A DNA stretch of 34,881 nt from a virus (lineage: Duplodnaviria; Caudoviricetes): positions 1 to 34,881 of IMG/VR virus record IMGVR_UViG_3300037461_001799; one strand, given 5' to 3'. The stretch's first letter is position 1. Each line of letters starts with the position of its first letter. Both the position numbers and the translations under genes were made by a program. The notes below the pieces were generated by a model. It was given only the letters and a program-made list of their open reading frames with translations. It was not told where the DNA came from and ran no database searches. Shown here piece by piece: positions 17,883 to 26,949 of this stretch.

Positions 17883-18881
17883 CTATATGGTAGCAGTCCA
17901 GTCATTGTCAAAAATCTGCGCCGGAACATCTGCTACAATCAATTTGTTGCTACTTGGCAGAAGAAAAGATAAATCCAACATTATATCTAGAGTTTTAGCA
18001 AGTTCATTGGCCATCTCTAAATCTTGCCCCATGCGTAGTGGATTAAGGATAATATCATCCTTAAGTCCAACAAGTTCCCAGTTAAGCTTTAATCTATCAA
18101 ACATTCCTCTAGCACGCTGCCTCTCTAAATCAGAGAAACCAGGCCAGTCCATATTTTTCAGTTCATCAAGCGTCAAGGTTTCCGACTCAGAAATAACAGC
18201 GGCAACTTTTTTACGCAAACGCGGTATGCCTGGAATGGTATCGGACTGGTCTCCGCATAAGGTTTTAAACATACGAACACCGGTCGCAGGCACTGCTGGG
18301 TGTTTGCCTTTCTGCAGAGTAGACCAATGTTTTTCTGAAGCCTCAGCGTCCAAAATTCTTGATCCAGAGCTTCCCGGCCTATACACGACAACTTTAGGAT
18401 TAACTAATAACTGGAAAAAATCTTTGTCAGACGATATAATTATGTGAATGTCGTCTGGGTTAGCCCGAATGAAACTAGCTATAAGATCGTCAGCTTCCTC
18501 GTACTGATCCGAATAAATTGTCGCACCCATAAGCTGCATAAAATGCGTTAGTACATCTATTGCGGATGTAACCCTTTTTCCTCCAGGTAAATCCATCTCA
18601 AATTGTTCAGCACTAACTAAAGACGGACGTGGCTCATCTCGTTTTTTATAGTTCGGATCAATAGTCCTACGTCGGGCCGGATAACCGTCCATAAACATTG
18701 ATAACGAATCAAAACAGCCAATCGATGGAAGCCAATCGGCCAAAAATTTAAGCGGACCGTAAATTAAACCTGTTGGATGTCCAGAACTTGATCTTAGCTG
18801 TTTATCCAGGTCCGGAGCTATGAAAACATGAAAAGCTCTATGTAGGATATTTCCACCATCAATCAATATATGTTTTTTCAT
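17883..18881 (-). CDS. 5'-3' exonuclease / flap endonuclease (Pol I N-terminal-like)
   Basis: LIDGGNILHRAFH, NYKKR, EEADDLIAS, SSDKDFFQL, GDQSDTIPGI. Confidence 0.9.
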   Translation of the reverse strand: MKKHILIDGGNILHRAFHVFIAPDLDKQLRSSSGHPTGLIYGPLKFLADWLPSIGCFDSLSMFMDGYPARRRTIDPNYKKRDEPRPSLVSAEQFEMDLPGGKRVTSAIDVLTHFMQLMGATIYSDQYEEADDLIASFIRANPDDIHIIISSDKDFFQLLVNPKVVVYRPGSSGSRILDAEASEKHWSTLQKGKHPAVPATGVRMFKTLCGDQSDTIPGIPRLRKKVAAVISESETLTLDELKNMDWPGFSDLERQRARGMFDRLKLNWELVGLKDDIILNPLRMGQDLEMANELAKTLDIMLDLSFLLPSSNKLIVADVPAQIFDNDWTATI

Positions 18882-18883
18882 TG

Positions 18884-19399
18884 TTACTGAACTTTTTGAA
18901 GATATATAACCGGGAAATCTATTAGCATAAGTTTAGATCTCTGACTTACATCAACAAGGACGGTCTCCCCACCTTCATGAATCATTCTTACCGTACCCCT
19001 TAGATTTTTAAATTCACCCCTGATAACGCAAACCTTGTCTCCTACAATAAATTGACATACATTCAAATCTTCCACACCTTTTCGCAAAGGAGCCAGTGTG
19101 GAGTCGTCAACTAGGGAGTAGACTATCGTTCCCCTTTCATGAGAGCATAACACCGTGCTAAAATACGACATATCTTGAAGCTTTAAGTATGGAATCCCAT
19201 CTTGATATTTAACAAAAATATATCCATCCATATAAAAAGCCGTATGGGACTCATCCCTGGCCTGCTTTGAGACAGCAGGAACGAATACTTCAACGTCTCT
19301 TCTAAGAACCCGTCTTACAGCGGTTGTAATGGTTTTAACATTAGTTTCACGTTCACCGGCGGCTGAAAGCTCAACTACAACCCACTTATCCTTAGGCAT
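18884..19399 (-). CDS. nusG: NusG/RfaH-family transcription elongation factor
   Basis: NGN-like KWVVVE...EVFVP...DGYIFVK; KOW motif FIVGDKVCVIRGEFKNLRGTV. Confidence 0.8.
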   Translation of the reverse strand: MPKDKWVVVELSAAGERETNVKTITTAVRRVLRRDVEVFVPAVSKQARDESHTAFYMDGYIFVKYQDGIPYLKLQDMSYFSTVLCSHERGTIVYSLVDDSTLAPLRKGVEDLNVCQFIVGDKVCVIRGEFKNLRGTVRMIHEGGETVLVDVSQRSKLMLIDFPVIYLQKVQ

Positions 19400-19414
19400 T
19401 TATAACTTTACGAT

Positions 19415-20773
19415 CTAACTCGCGTGACGTGGTCCCATCCTTTTTATAAAATCACGCGCAAACTCTCGATCAGACATAGGAATTAGATCCGGTTTAAATT
19501 CTATAATATTTGGCTCAGGTTCTTTGGATTCTATAATAGAAGAGGTCCCTATTTTTGTATCAAGAGTCGTCAATTTTTCACCATAAGAAAAATTGACCCC
19601 ATCAACTTCTACCTGAATTTTTTCAGGTACCGAATTAGCAATTGTGGGGGTTTTTGTAGTGTCCAAAACAGAGGCAACTGAGGACGGGGCGCCCAATGTT
19701 TTAGTAACCGGAGTTTGACTAATTTGAGTTACAACAGGTGGTGTATAAGTCGAATTTAGATATGTAGTAGAAGTTGAAATCAAAGCTGACAAGATCCCAG
19801 CACCTGTCGGCCTCTCTATCATTCCAATTTGTCGAGCAAAATCAGACCATCGACGAAGACGTGTTTGAAAGAAAGTTGTTGAGATTGGGTAAGATGGACC
19901 AGCCCCAACATCAACACGTAAACCACTCGAAACAGCCAAAATCATCGCATCCCGAACCCATACCGCACCTTCACGATCAACAAGTGAATCGAACATTTCG
20001 ATCGCCAATTTTGGCTGATCGTCTATACGTGCCAAAATTTTGTCCACTAATTCATAACTGTCAAAACGCAGAAATTTTCTTGCGGCCTGAATATCCACGG
20101 GTCCACTAACAGAAATTGTTTCCACAGCCCTATAACATATCCTAGGACAATTTTTCGACAATTGTGCGATCAAACGCAAAGCAGATTGGTCATACTTAAT
20201 TTTCTCCAATTCACAGATTTGTGCAAGACGGGCAACCATTACATCAATTGATGGAGCTGACACTGGGTATTCTTCAACGCGGGATCTGATGGAATCTCTG
20301 ATCTTGTGTGGCTCAGTTGTGCACATTATCATGATGATGGAACGGTCTTCTACCGCCTTCAACATTGCATCCTGTGCTGCCTGCGTCAACCTCTGAGCCT
20401 CGTCAAGAATGTAAATATTCCCTATCCCACCCGGGACTTCATACTCCGAATCGTGGATCATGCCACGAATTTTGTCAACGGTTCCCTGGGAAGCAGCATC
20501 AAGCTCTTCCACAGCCACTGAGTTTTCATTCAAAACTGCAGTGCAAGCACCGCAGTTTCCACATGGCTCTCCATCCAATTTGTCAACGCACACTGCGGCC
20601 ATGGCCACAATTCTTGCAAGAGTTGTCTTTCCTGTACCCTTTGGACCCCCGAAAAGCATTGACTGCTCAGTCAAAGTTCCAGTGTGACTACGCTTGAGCA
20701 AAAGCTGGACAACACCTTCGTTCCCAAGAACTTCAGAAAATTTCCGTGGTCTATATTTTAGATCGAGTCTCAT
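19415..20773 (-). CDS. dnaX: DNA polymerase III gamma/tau (clamp loader)
   Basis: KYRPRKFSEVLG, GPKGTGKTT, C...PCGNCGAC Zn module, ELDAAS, ILDEAQ, TTEPHKI...IRSR. Confidence 0.92.
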   Translation of the reverse strand: MRLDLKYRPRKFSEVLGNEGVVQLLLKRSHTGTLTEQSMLFGGPKGTGKTTLARIVAMAAVCVDKLDGEPCGNCGACTAVLNENSVAVEELDAASQGTVDKIRGMIHDSEYEVPGGIGNIYILDEAQRLTQAAQDAMLKAVEDRSIIMIMCTTEPHKIRDSIRSRVEEYPVSAPSIDVMVARLAQICELEKIKYDQSALRLIAQLSKNCPRICYRAVETISVSGPVDIQAARKFLRFDSYELVDKILARIDDQPKLAIEMFDSLVDREGAVWVRDAMILAVSSGLRVDVGAGPSYPISTTFFQTRLRRWSDFARQIGMIERPTGAGILSALISTSTTYLNSTYTPPVVTQISQTPVTKTLGAPSSVASVLDTTKTPTIANSVPEKIQVEVDGVNFSYGEKLTTLDTKIGTSSIIESKEPEPNIIEFKPDLIPMSDREFARDFIKRMGPRHAS

Positions 20774-20826
20774 GGAACTCCAGGGATTCTACTGATTGTT
20801 ACCTGTAACACTTGAGACAAATCTCA

Positions 20827-22524
20827 CTAAATATGTTCAGGGTCCAAAAAGATCCTTCGGATTGGTCTATCAAGCCTGAATTTCGTTTTTTCTTTACCCA
20901 TAACTCGGTTATACCCGAATTTTTCTGCATAGTCACGTTCTCGCATCCCCATGCGAGAGGCATGACCATACAACGTCTTTTTGTGCATCATCCATCCATC
21001 CTGATTTACATAGAAGTAGTCTGGGGCAATTACTGAAACCTGTGTCCACCCACAAGACATGTATATTGTGCCACGGTGTCCATATGTTGCATCTGCAAAT
21101 GAAACCAGAGTTTCAACTTTAGGATAGACGCTAAAAATTGTTTTGCAACATCTACTAATAAACCAAGAAGCAAAATTTTTCTTATGTCGATTTGGATGAA
21201 TGCACATTCTATCAAGTTCCAAAACTTGACCAAATGATAATCCCATAGAAGTCGCCACCTCTTTACGAATCGGCGCAGAAAATTTACAAACAGCGATTAA
21301 CTCGTCGTCGAGAAAAGCTCCGCATATGTGCTTCGCTGCACGGCCGAACTGCCCATAATGAAATGACGACAAGAACTGTCGAGCTGCAGAAACTTCAACG
21401 TTCCGAGTCACTATATGCGAAAAATCAAAATCGTTAAAGTTAACACTATCGAGAGTCCCATATATTACTTGAGACAACTTTTGTCGAATGCATGCTGGGT
21501 TCAAAAAGTCTCTTTCATGAAGATATAGTATCTTAAGGTCTGGACGCGCCTTTTCTGTATACGAGAATTTCGACGCGTCGGCACGCTCAGCTTTTGGCCG
21601 AGCATGCCAGTATTCACCTTGAACTTCAATCACAACGCCATGATCGGGTAGTATAAAATCAAATACATATGGTCCGATGGCCACTTGCTCTTGATACCGT
21701 ATACCCATAGAATCTAAGAGATTACCGGTTACTAGCTCCAAACTGGAACGACGTTTACCAGACAAGAATTCAGACCGCATTTTAGAGAAATCGGTCCTGA
21801 ATTTCTCGTCCTTCCATGGTATTTTTCCAGCGTCAGACAACTTCTGACGATATGCTGGATCCTCGAGCAAGGATTGTAAAACTTGCCTGAACCCGGTATT
21901 CTGGCGTGATCTATACTCTGGATCTGACCATAACGATAAAGCCCGCTGTCGTTTCCGATCTCTGTCTACAGAACTGGCCAGCTTCTGTCGCATTTCCGCC
22001 CCCCAATCAGATTGCCAACGCTCTAACATAAATTTGGACAATAGTGGGGCGTTTTTCGCGTTGGAAGCCGTTATTCGTTTACGAAATTCATCATCAGACC
22101 AAAGCTGACACATAGCTTCTTTAAATTTAGCAGAGAATTGATCATCTTGATGTTTGTCGAGCATAATTTCGGACATCACTAAGCGATGATGTGGAGTCGC
22201 CCACATTTTACGACTCCTTAGACTTTGTCTCTCCTTTGCTTCAGGTTCAGCCCAGTATCGAATACATCCAGAGGCCTGACGTTTTCGATATTCAGGGTCT
22301 TGCCATCTATCCCGAGAAGATTCAGAAATCGGCGTAGCTTCACTGCGTCTACACTCTGCGCACAGGCAATTTCCAAAGGATCGAACTGCGCGCTTTACAC
22401 ATCTGAATGTCGTGATACGTTGTTTTTTACAGGATGGACAAGTTGTGAAGACCTTCGATTTGTCCGTTACTGGTCCAAACTCAGCTAGCGTGTCGGGGAG
22501 GTCTATATACGCCTCAAAATCCAT
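20827..22524 (-). CDS. Fusion: Zn-ribbon + W-x-D-P-E-Y-R repeats + Vsr/DUF559-like endonuclease + Mom-like GNAT domain (copy B)
   Basis: CPSC...CLCAEC; WQDPEYRKR, WSDPEYRSR; FDFILPDHGVVIEVQGEYWH; FHYGQFGR...LELDRMC...NFASWFISR...LVSFAD...GTIYMSCGW. Colinear with copy A. Confidence 0.75.
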   Translation of the reverse strand: MDFEAYIDLPDTLAEFGPVTDKSKVFTTCPSCKKQRITTFRCVKRAVRSFGNCLCAECRRSEATPISESSRDRWQDPEYRKRQASGCIRYWAEPEAKERQSLRSRKMWATPHHRLVMSEIMLDKHQDDQFSAKFKEAMCQLWSDDEFRKRITASNAKNAPLLSKFMLERWQSDWGAEMRQKLASSVDRDRKRQRALSLWSDPEYRSRQNTGFRQVLQSLLEDPAYRQKLSDAGKIPWKDEKFRTDFSKMRSEFLSGKRRSSLELVTGNLLDSMGIRYQEQVAIGPYVFDFILPDHGVVIEVQGEYWHARPKAERADASKFSYTEKARPDLKILYLHERDFLNPACIRQKLSQVIYGTLDSVNFNDFDFSHIVTRNVEVSAARQFLSSFHYGQFGRAAKHICGAFLDDELIAVCKFSAPIRKEVATSMGLSFGQVLELDRMCIHPNRHKKNFASWFISRCCKTIFSVYPKVETLVSFADATYGHRGTIYMSCGWTQVSVIAPDYFYVNQDGWMMHKKTLYGHASRMGMRERDYAEKFGYNRVMGKEKTKFRLDRPIRRIFLDPEHI

Positions 22525-22533
22525 GCAGGAACT

Positions 22534-22998
22534 TTACTTATTTACCAGACACTGCCGTATTTCAGAAAGGCTATCATTCCAACATCCATGGCGCTCAGCC
22601 ACCTCTGGAAATTCCTGAACCTCGGGTGGCCTTAGGCTCCACTTCATCTCTCCAGTTTGCTCATCTTCGGTACCAACGCACTTACTAAGTAAATGATCCA
22701 CAAGTGCGCAACGTTGACTTGGCTGGAGACCGTTCCAACAGTCCAAAGCAATTTCAATCACAAAATCAGACTCTGTCAAAAATTTCACCCACCCACTCGG
22801 CTTGTAGATCTTTCCAGGAACTGGTCTTCCACCGGATTTTACCGCCTTATTACGACAAAGAAACTGGAATCTAGCAGTAGCTAACTCTGGATGGTATTTT
22901 GGAATGAGATTGTCAGCAACATCCTTGGAATTATCATGATGATCATGCAAGATCGGTTCAGGCTTAAATTGAGTCGACTTCTTCTTTGATTGATCCAT
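22534..22998 (-). CDS. Putative phage metallopeptidase-like protein, degenerate active site
   Basis: DFVIEIALDCWNGL...ALVDHLLSKC...PEVQEFPEVAERHGCW resembles the family pattern but has HLLSK in place of HExxH. Confidence 0.6.
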   Translation of the reverse strand: MDQSKKKSTQFKPEPILHDHHDNSKDVADNLIPKYHPELATARFQFLCRNKAVKSGGRPVPGKIYKPSGWVKFLTESDFVIEIALDCWNGLQPSQRCALVDHLLSKCVGTEDEQTGEMKWSLRPPEVQEFPEVAERHGCWNDSLSEIRQCLVNK

Positions 22999-23801
22999 TA
23001 CAACCTCCCAATCAGGTTCGAAAAAACCTTGGTAAACCGCTTATCCCCAAGAGCCTTCCAGACTTCATTTACATCTTTACACCTCTCACCTTTAGCATTT
23101 TTGATATCATATTTAACATCTCTAACAGAAGGCCCTCCGGACATTTTCAAGCACATGGTGTCAACACCGTCACGCCCAGCTCTATCCATATCCAAAATCA
23201 GCACTACCTCGTCAACAAACCTTTTGAAGAATCTGGTTTGACCGTAGCCAGACGTATTGGTGGTTAGTCCCACAGCATTTGGTGCCACAAGCCGCTCGAA
23301 AACCAAATGATCAAAAGGGCCTTCCGTCACAAAGACCTGCTTCCGAGCCCATATAGTATCCATATTTGGCGCGACGCCGAAAAAATACCCTTCTGGCCTT
23401 CTGGCCAAAGAAAAAGAGTCGAACTGCTTGCCTGTTATCGAACGCGTTTGGAACCCAACGACGGCCCCGGAATAGGCCGTTAAAGGCATAACGACACTCC
23501 CGATGTTTTTTCGACCAACTAACTGAGTCTTCTTTTGTCCTTCATCCCCATCCCAAACAGATGACCACCGAATCATACGACACGTGTCACACCATTTATG
23601 ATGAGCATCCCTGTTATTGCAGACATTGGAGTGCGCTGGATCGGAAGATGGATCGGGAATAAAATCACCAATAACATACCCAATTCTATGCTTAATCCAC
23701 TGGTCCTTAGAAACACCACGACTCAAAAGGTATTCTTGCGCCGTGTCAACCTGCATTAAACCAGAGTGGGCCCATTCAACAAATCGGTCCACAATTGTCA
23801 T
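22998..23801 (-). CDS. DnaG-like primase (catalytic core/Toprim)
   Basis: AQEYLLSRGV, VVGFQTRSI, VFVTEGPFD, LILDMDRAG (DxD), KDVNE. ATG 23801 forms an ATGA overlap with the upstream stop. Confidence 0.85.
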   Translation of the reverse strand: MTIVDRFVEWAHSGLMQVDTAQEYLLSRGVSKDQWIKHRIGYVIGDFIPDPSSDPAHSNVCNNRDAHHKWCDTCRMIRWSSVWDGDEGQKKTQLVGRKNIGSVVMPLTAYSGAVVGFQTRSITGKQFDSFSLARRPEGYFFGVAPNMDTIWARKQVFVTEGPFDHLVFERLVAPNAVGLTTNTSGYGQTRFFKRFVDEVVLILDMDRAGRDGVDTMCLKMSGGPSVRDVKYDIKNAKGERCKDVNEVWKALGDKRFTKVFSNLIGRL

Positions 23802-24376
23802 GTGCAGAAAGCCATGCCTTTCTTCACATTGTGTAAGAGCAATGACACAGCCCCATTCAGAAATCGAGTATATAGCCCAACCATGTCTGGCTTTGATAAG
23901 AAGCAAACAAAAGAAACTGGCGCAAAAATTATCCGACAGTGTTTCCCATATCTTAGGACACCTTCATCATTTCCACACCCAAATGTTCTTTCAATTTTAT
24001 CCTGGCCCCAAGAATCCGGGCAAAGACATACATGCGGTTGTACAGGAACACAGCTAGTTTTTTTAATATAACTGAAAGCTGCCTTAATTTCCTGTGACCC
24101 GAAAACATTTGGCCATTTTTCCGCTATAGAAAGATTCAAAGCGGCATTCAACATCGGGGCTATTAGCCCGTCAATCTTTATCAAATCATACTTAAAAACA
24201 CCAATACGGATGCGATTGTCCCCAGTAAGTTTTCGAGAAATTAAAAACTCCCCTGCACTATTTGACACAATGGACGGTAAGAACTCCGGTATAGCCGGAA
24301 CTTCAATAATCAATGGGGCCGCTGTCTCACTCCTAGATCTATGCAAGTCATTTTCCAGAATTTTCGTCATCAACAT
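23798..24376 (-). CDS. Hypothetical protein
   Basis: 192 aa, tightly coupled to both neighbours. Confidence 0.65.
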   Translation of the reverse strand: MLMTKILENDLHRSRSETAAPLIIEVPAIPEFLPSIVSNSAGEFLISRKLTGDNRIRIGVFKYDLIKIDGLIAPMLNAALNLSIAEKWPNVFGSQEIKAAFSYIKKTSCVPVQPHVCLCPDSWGQDKIERTFGCGNDEGVLRYGKHCRIIFAPVSFVCFLSKPDMVGLYTRFLNGAVSLLLHNVKKGMAFCT

Positions 24377-24377
24377 G

Positions 24378-24932
24378 TCACCATAAATCTCCGGGAATGT
24401 CTTGCTCTACCTTTCCAGAAAGCAATTTTGGCTTGTGCAATCTATGTTTAACACTGTCAATCCATAGCAATAGTTTACTCCACACCGATAGCCTGTCCAG
24501 ATGGATTCTATGATCGATGACCCACTGTAGAGCAGCTATATCTTTATAGTTATCATACACATATTTATCATCAGCCATGAGCGCATTAAATTCTCCGATA
24601 GTTTCAGCTTCGGTTCTCTTAGACTGAAAAAACCTGCAGCCTTGGGCCATTTCATCACTGTCGCATATATCCCCCGGCCATTCAGCCGGGTTATCAGCCC
24701 CATACATACACAAACGAATCTTCTGATCAGGCTGAATTACAACAAGAGATGTTACAGTACGTGGGGCACGCTCAAATTCTGCAGGAATCTCAGCTTTTCT
24801 GGGTTGTGGAGTGTGTTCATGGTTAAACACGCAATTGTCTGGTTTCTTGCCTCTGGCAAGAAGACAATGCTTACGCAGGTACCTGGACCTGAGTTTATTC
24901 AGGCGTCGTAGAATTTCGTCTTGTGATTTCAC
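24378..24932 (-). CDS. Hypothetical Cys-containing protein
   Basis: 184 aa, NCVFNH...LCMYG...DICD...GCRFF; GTG start overlaps the upstream stop. Confidence 0.65.
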   Translation of the reverse strand: MKSQDEILRRLNKLRSRYLRKHCLLARGKKPDNCVFNHEHTPQPRKAEIPAEFERAPRTVTSLVVIQPDQKIRLCMYGADNPAEWPGDICDSDEMAQGCRFFQSKRTEAETIGEFNALMADDKYVYDNYKDIAALQWVIDHRIHLDRLSVWSKLLLWIDSVKHRLHKPKLLSGKVEQDIPGDLW

Positions 24933-25552
24933 GTGTCACCCATAGACCTACGCTTGTATAGCTTAAGGGTCCCCTCTTTTCGACCTTCATAAGCTGTATG
25001 GGCGTGATTTAAAAATTCTTCGTTATGCGTCACCATCAAAATATTTATCCCGGTCTGTTCTGACAACTGTCGCATGAACGACGCCGCAGCCGGAACATAT
25101 TTGTTGGCAAGCGCATGCATTGACTCATCAAGCAAAAGTAAGTTCCCCATGCCAAGTCTGGACATAATGGCAAGTCTAAGAATCAAAGAAGCAGTCAAAA
25201 CAGCACCCCCTCCAAAGGAGGACATCGGATCACCTTCAATCCCTCCGTCTTCTATTGCAAACCGCATGAATAACCGATTAAATTTCATCTCTTGTTTAAT
25301 TTTAAAGGTTAAAACCTGATCATGAATTATATGCTGAAGACCTGTTGTTACCAGGTCACTTATTGCTCCAACATTCTGTCGTAAAGAATCATCAAGCCAT
25401 TCCTTAAACACATCAGACGATCGTTGTAGTAGGTCTGACCGCTTTTTCAAATGATCAGCACGAGATTTTGAAGTCTCAAGCTGAGTCTGCAGTACGCTTC
25501 TGTACGCGTTAAGCTTTGCAACACCAGCCTGTATTTCTTCAAGTTTACTCAT
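24929..25552 (-). CDS. SbcC/Rad50-like ABC-ATPase, C-terminal half only
   Basis: Short coiled coil, signature-like SFGGG, Walker B LLLLDE, H-loop MVTHN; no Walker A. Confidence 0.85.
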   Translation of the reverse strand: MSKLEEIQAGVAKLNAYRSVLQTQLETSKSRADHLKKRSDLLQRSSDVFKEWLDDSLRQNVGAISDLVTTGLQHIIHDQVLTFKIKQEMKFNRLFMRFAIEDGGIEGDPMSSFGGGAVLTASLILRLAIMSRLGMGNLLLLDESMHALANKYVPAAASFMRQLSEQTGINILMVTHNEEFLNHAHTAYEGRKEGTLKLYKRRSMGDT

Positions 25553-26658
25553 CTGCCCCTCATTGTATGCAAATAATGGTAAACCTGCATTATGTCTTCA
25601 TTTACATTTGACATTTCCAAAAGTGTTGGGTGATCCGGATGACCAAATCTCATGAGAATGTTGTCAGAATCCAAATGACTGGTTATTGATCGCAAATATT
25701 TTGCTGGCATATCAGCCTTAAAACCAGTTCCTCGGTTAAGGGAAACAGGAATGCTAAATATTTCTCCTCCGTTCGACATCTTCATTTCTCTCCCGTTTAC
25801 TTCACAAGATAGTCTTTGAGTTCCGTTAAGAGCAGCGAGGGCCCATTCGAGGCCATCAATGAGGTGACTTCTATTGATCAGGATTTCGATCCCAAAGTCC
25901 TGTGTTGGAGCAGCAAAGCTTGAACCAGAATAGGCAACTCTCCCCATAACAAAGACAGATTCTGTCTCCAAATCCACTACATAAAGACGATTCTTGTCAT
26001 GATATAGCCCAACATTTCCAGATAGCTTTGAACAGAAGGACCTGATCAACGGAATGTCCGACCCAACAATCGAAATATCTAGTGCCATTCCATCAAGTTT
26101 GACCATAGACGCGTGGTATCTGGCATTTGATGAGGCGCAATTCAATTCTGGGTTGAAATGCACTTGATTAACACGCATTTCCTCTTCGGTTTTTGTCTCT
26201 TTTACGAGGGCAGAGCACCCAACCACACGTAAAAGTCTAGCAAATTCACCAGCATCGACTTCCGACACATTTCCCCATCGAAAAACGGGGATTGTATTAC
26301 GTCTGAGCGATTCAATCCGTCTTTTGACGGTCGCTTTCTTGGTTTGTCCACCCCCCATGGCACTTATTGTCAAAGCATTTTCCACGATTGAAAACACAAC
26401 GGAGTCTAAGTCAGCATCTAAGAGTGCAATTTTACTTATCGGAATGAAAAACTCGTCCGATTTCCAGTCAGACGGAATGTCTGGCTTCTCCGTGGCTTTC
26501 ACGTTCACAAGACACATGTGACGTTTATCCGCGGAGAATAACGACATCCCAAAAGGCGTAAACTTAACAGCGAAATCTCCAGAAGACGGCTTAACTATCT
26601 TCACAAGGGCTAAGCCTTTCTTCAAACTCTGCGCAGAAAATGTGAATTTCGTTACCAT
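25549..26658 (-). CDS. dnaN: Divergent DNA polymerase III beta sliding clamp
   Basis: 369 aa with three-domain periodicity (FSAQSLKKGL / VDAGEFARLL / INRSHLIDGL), C-terminal AKYLRSI...NILMRFGHPDHPTLL...LHTMR; dnaX nearby. Confidence 0.7.
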   Translation of the reverse strand: MVTKFTFSAQSLKKGLALVKIVKPSSGDFAVKFTPFGMSLFSADKRHMCLVNVKATEKPDIPSDWKSDEFFIPISKIALLDADLDSVVFSIVENALTISAMGGGQTKKATVKRRIESLRRNTIPVFRWGNVSEVDAGEFARLLRVVGCSALVKETKTEEEMRVNQVHFNPELNCASSNARYHASMVKLDGMALDISIVGSDIPLIRSFCSKLSGNVGLYHDKNRLYVVDLETESVFVMGRVAYSGSSFAAPTQDFGIEILINRSHLIDGLEWALAALNGTQRLSCEVNGREMKMSNGGEIFSIPVSLNRGTGFKADMPAKYLRSITSHLDSDNILMRFGHPDHPTLLEMSNVNEDIMQVYHYLHTMRGR

Positions 26659-26934
26659 CTATCCTTTAATCTCTTCCAACATTGGCTTCATAATCCGTTC
26701 TGCTTCATTTAACTCCGCTTCTAAGTTGTTAAGTTTCAGGGAAAGAACCTCTTCACTCCTACGAATGTCTTCTTTCAAATTGTTTGGATTATACCCTTCT
26801 TTCTTTGCAGCTTCCATCTGGGCACGTAAGGCCCTCTTGCGGGCTTCAAGTTCTGCCTCAATTCGAGTCTTGTGTTGATTCAGTAAGTCTCTACGCTTAG
26901 AGAGACGCTTGTATTTTTCATCTAGGTCTTCCAT
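26659..26934 (-). CDS. Small coiled-coil protein
   Basis: 91 aa, heptad-rich; GGAGG SD. Confidence 0.75.
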   Translation of the reverse strand: MEDLDEKYKRLSKRRDLLNQHKTRIEAELEARKRALRAQMEAAKKEGYNPNNLKEDIRRSEEVLSLKLNNLEAELNEAERIMKPMLEEIKG

Positions 26935-26949
26935 TGCATTTCCTCCACA

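Noticed and set aside
19611-19628. A6 run within a 7-bp hairpin in dnaX as a programmed gamma/tau frameshift site
   Set aside because: Not the A-AAA-AAG heptamer, and the run lies inside the hairpin rather than upstream of it.
20797-20810. Inverted repeat TGTTAC-ct-GTAACA upstream of dnaX as an element end or operator
   Set aside because: 6-bp arms and no second full copy found at the other end of copy B; could be chance.
23802-23906. N-terminal extension of the primase in the ORF track
   Set aside because: It overlaps the upstream gene by more than 100 nt; ATG 23801 gives a typical ATGA coupling.
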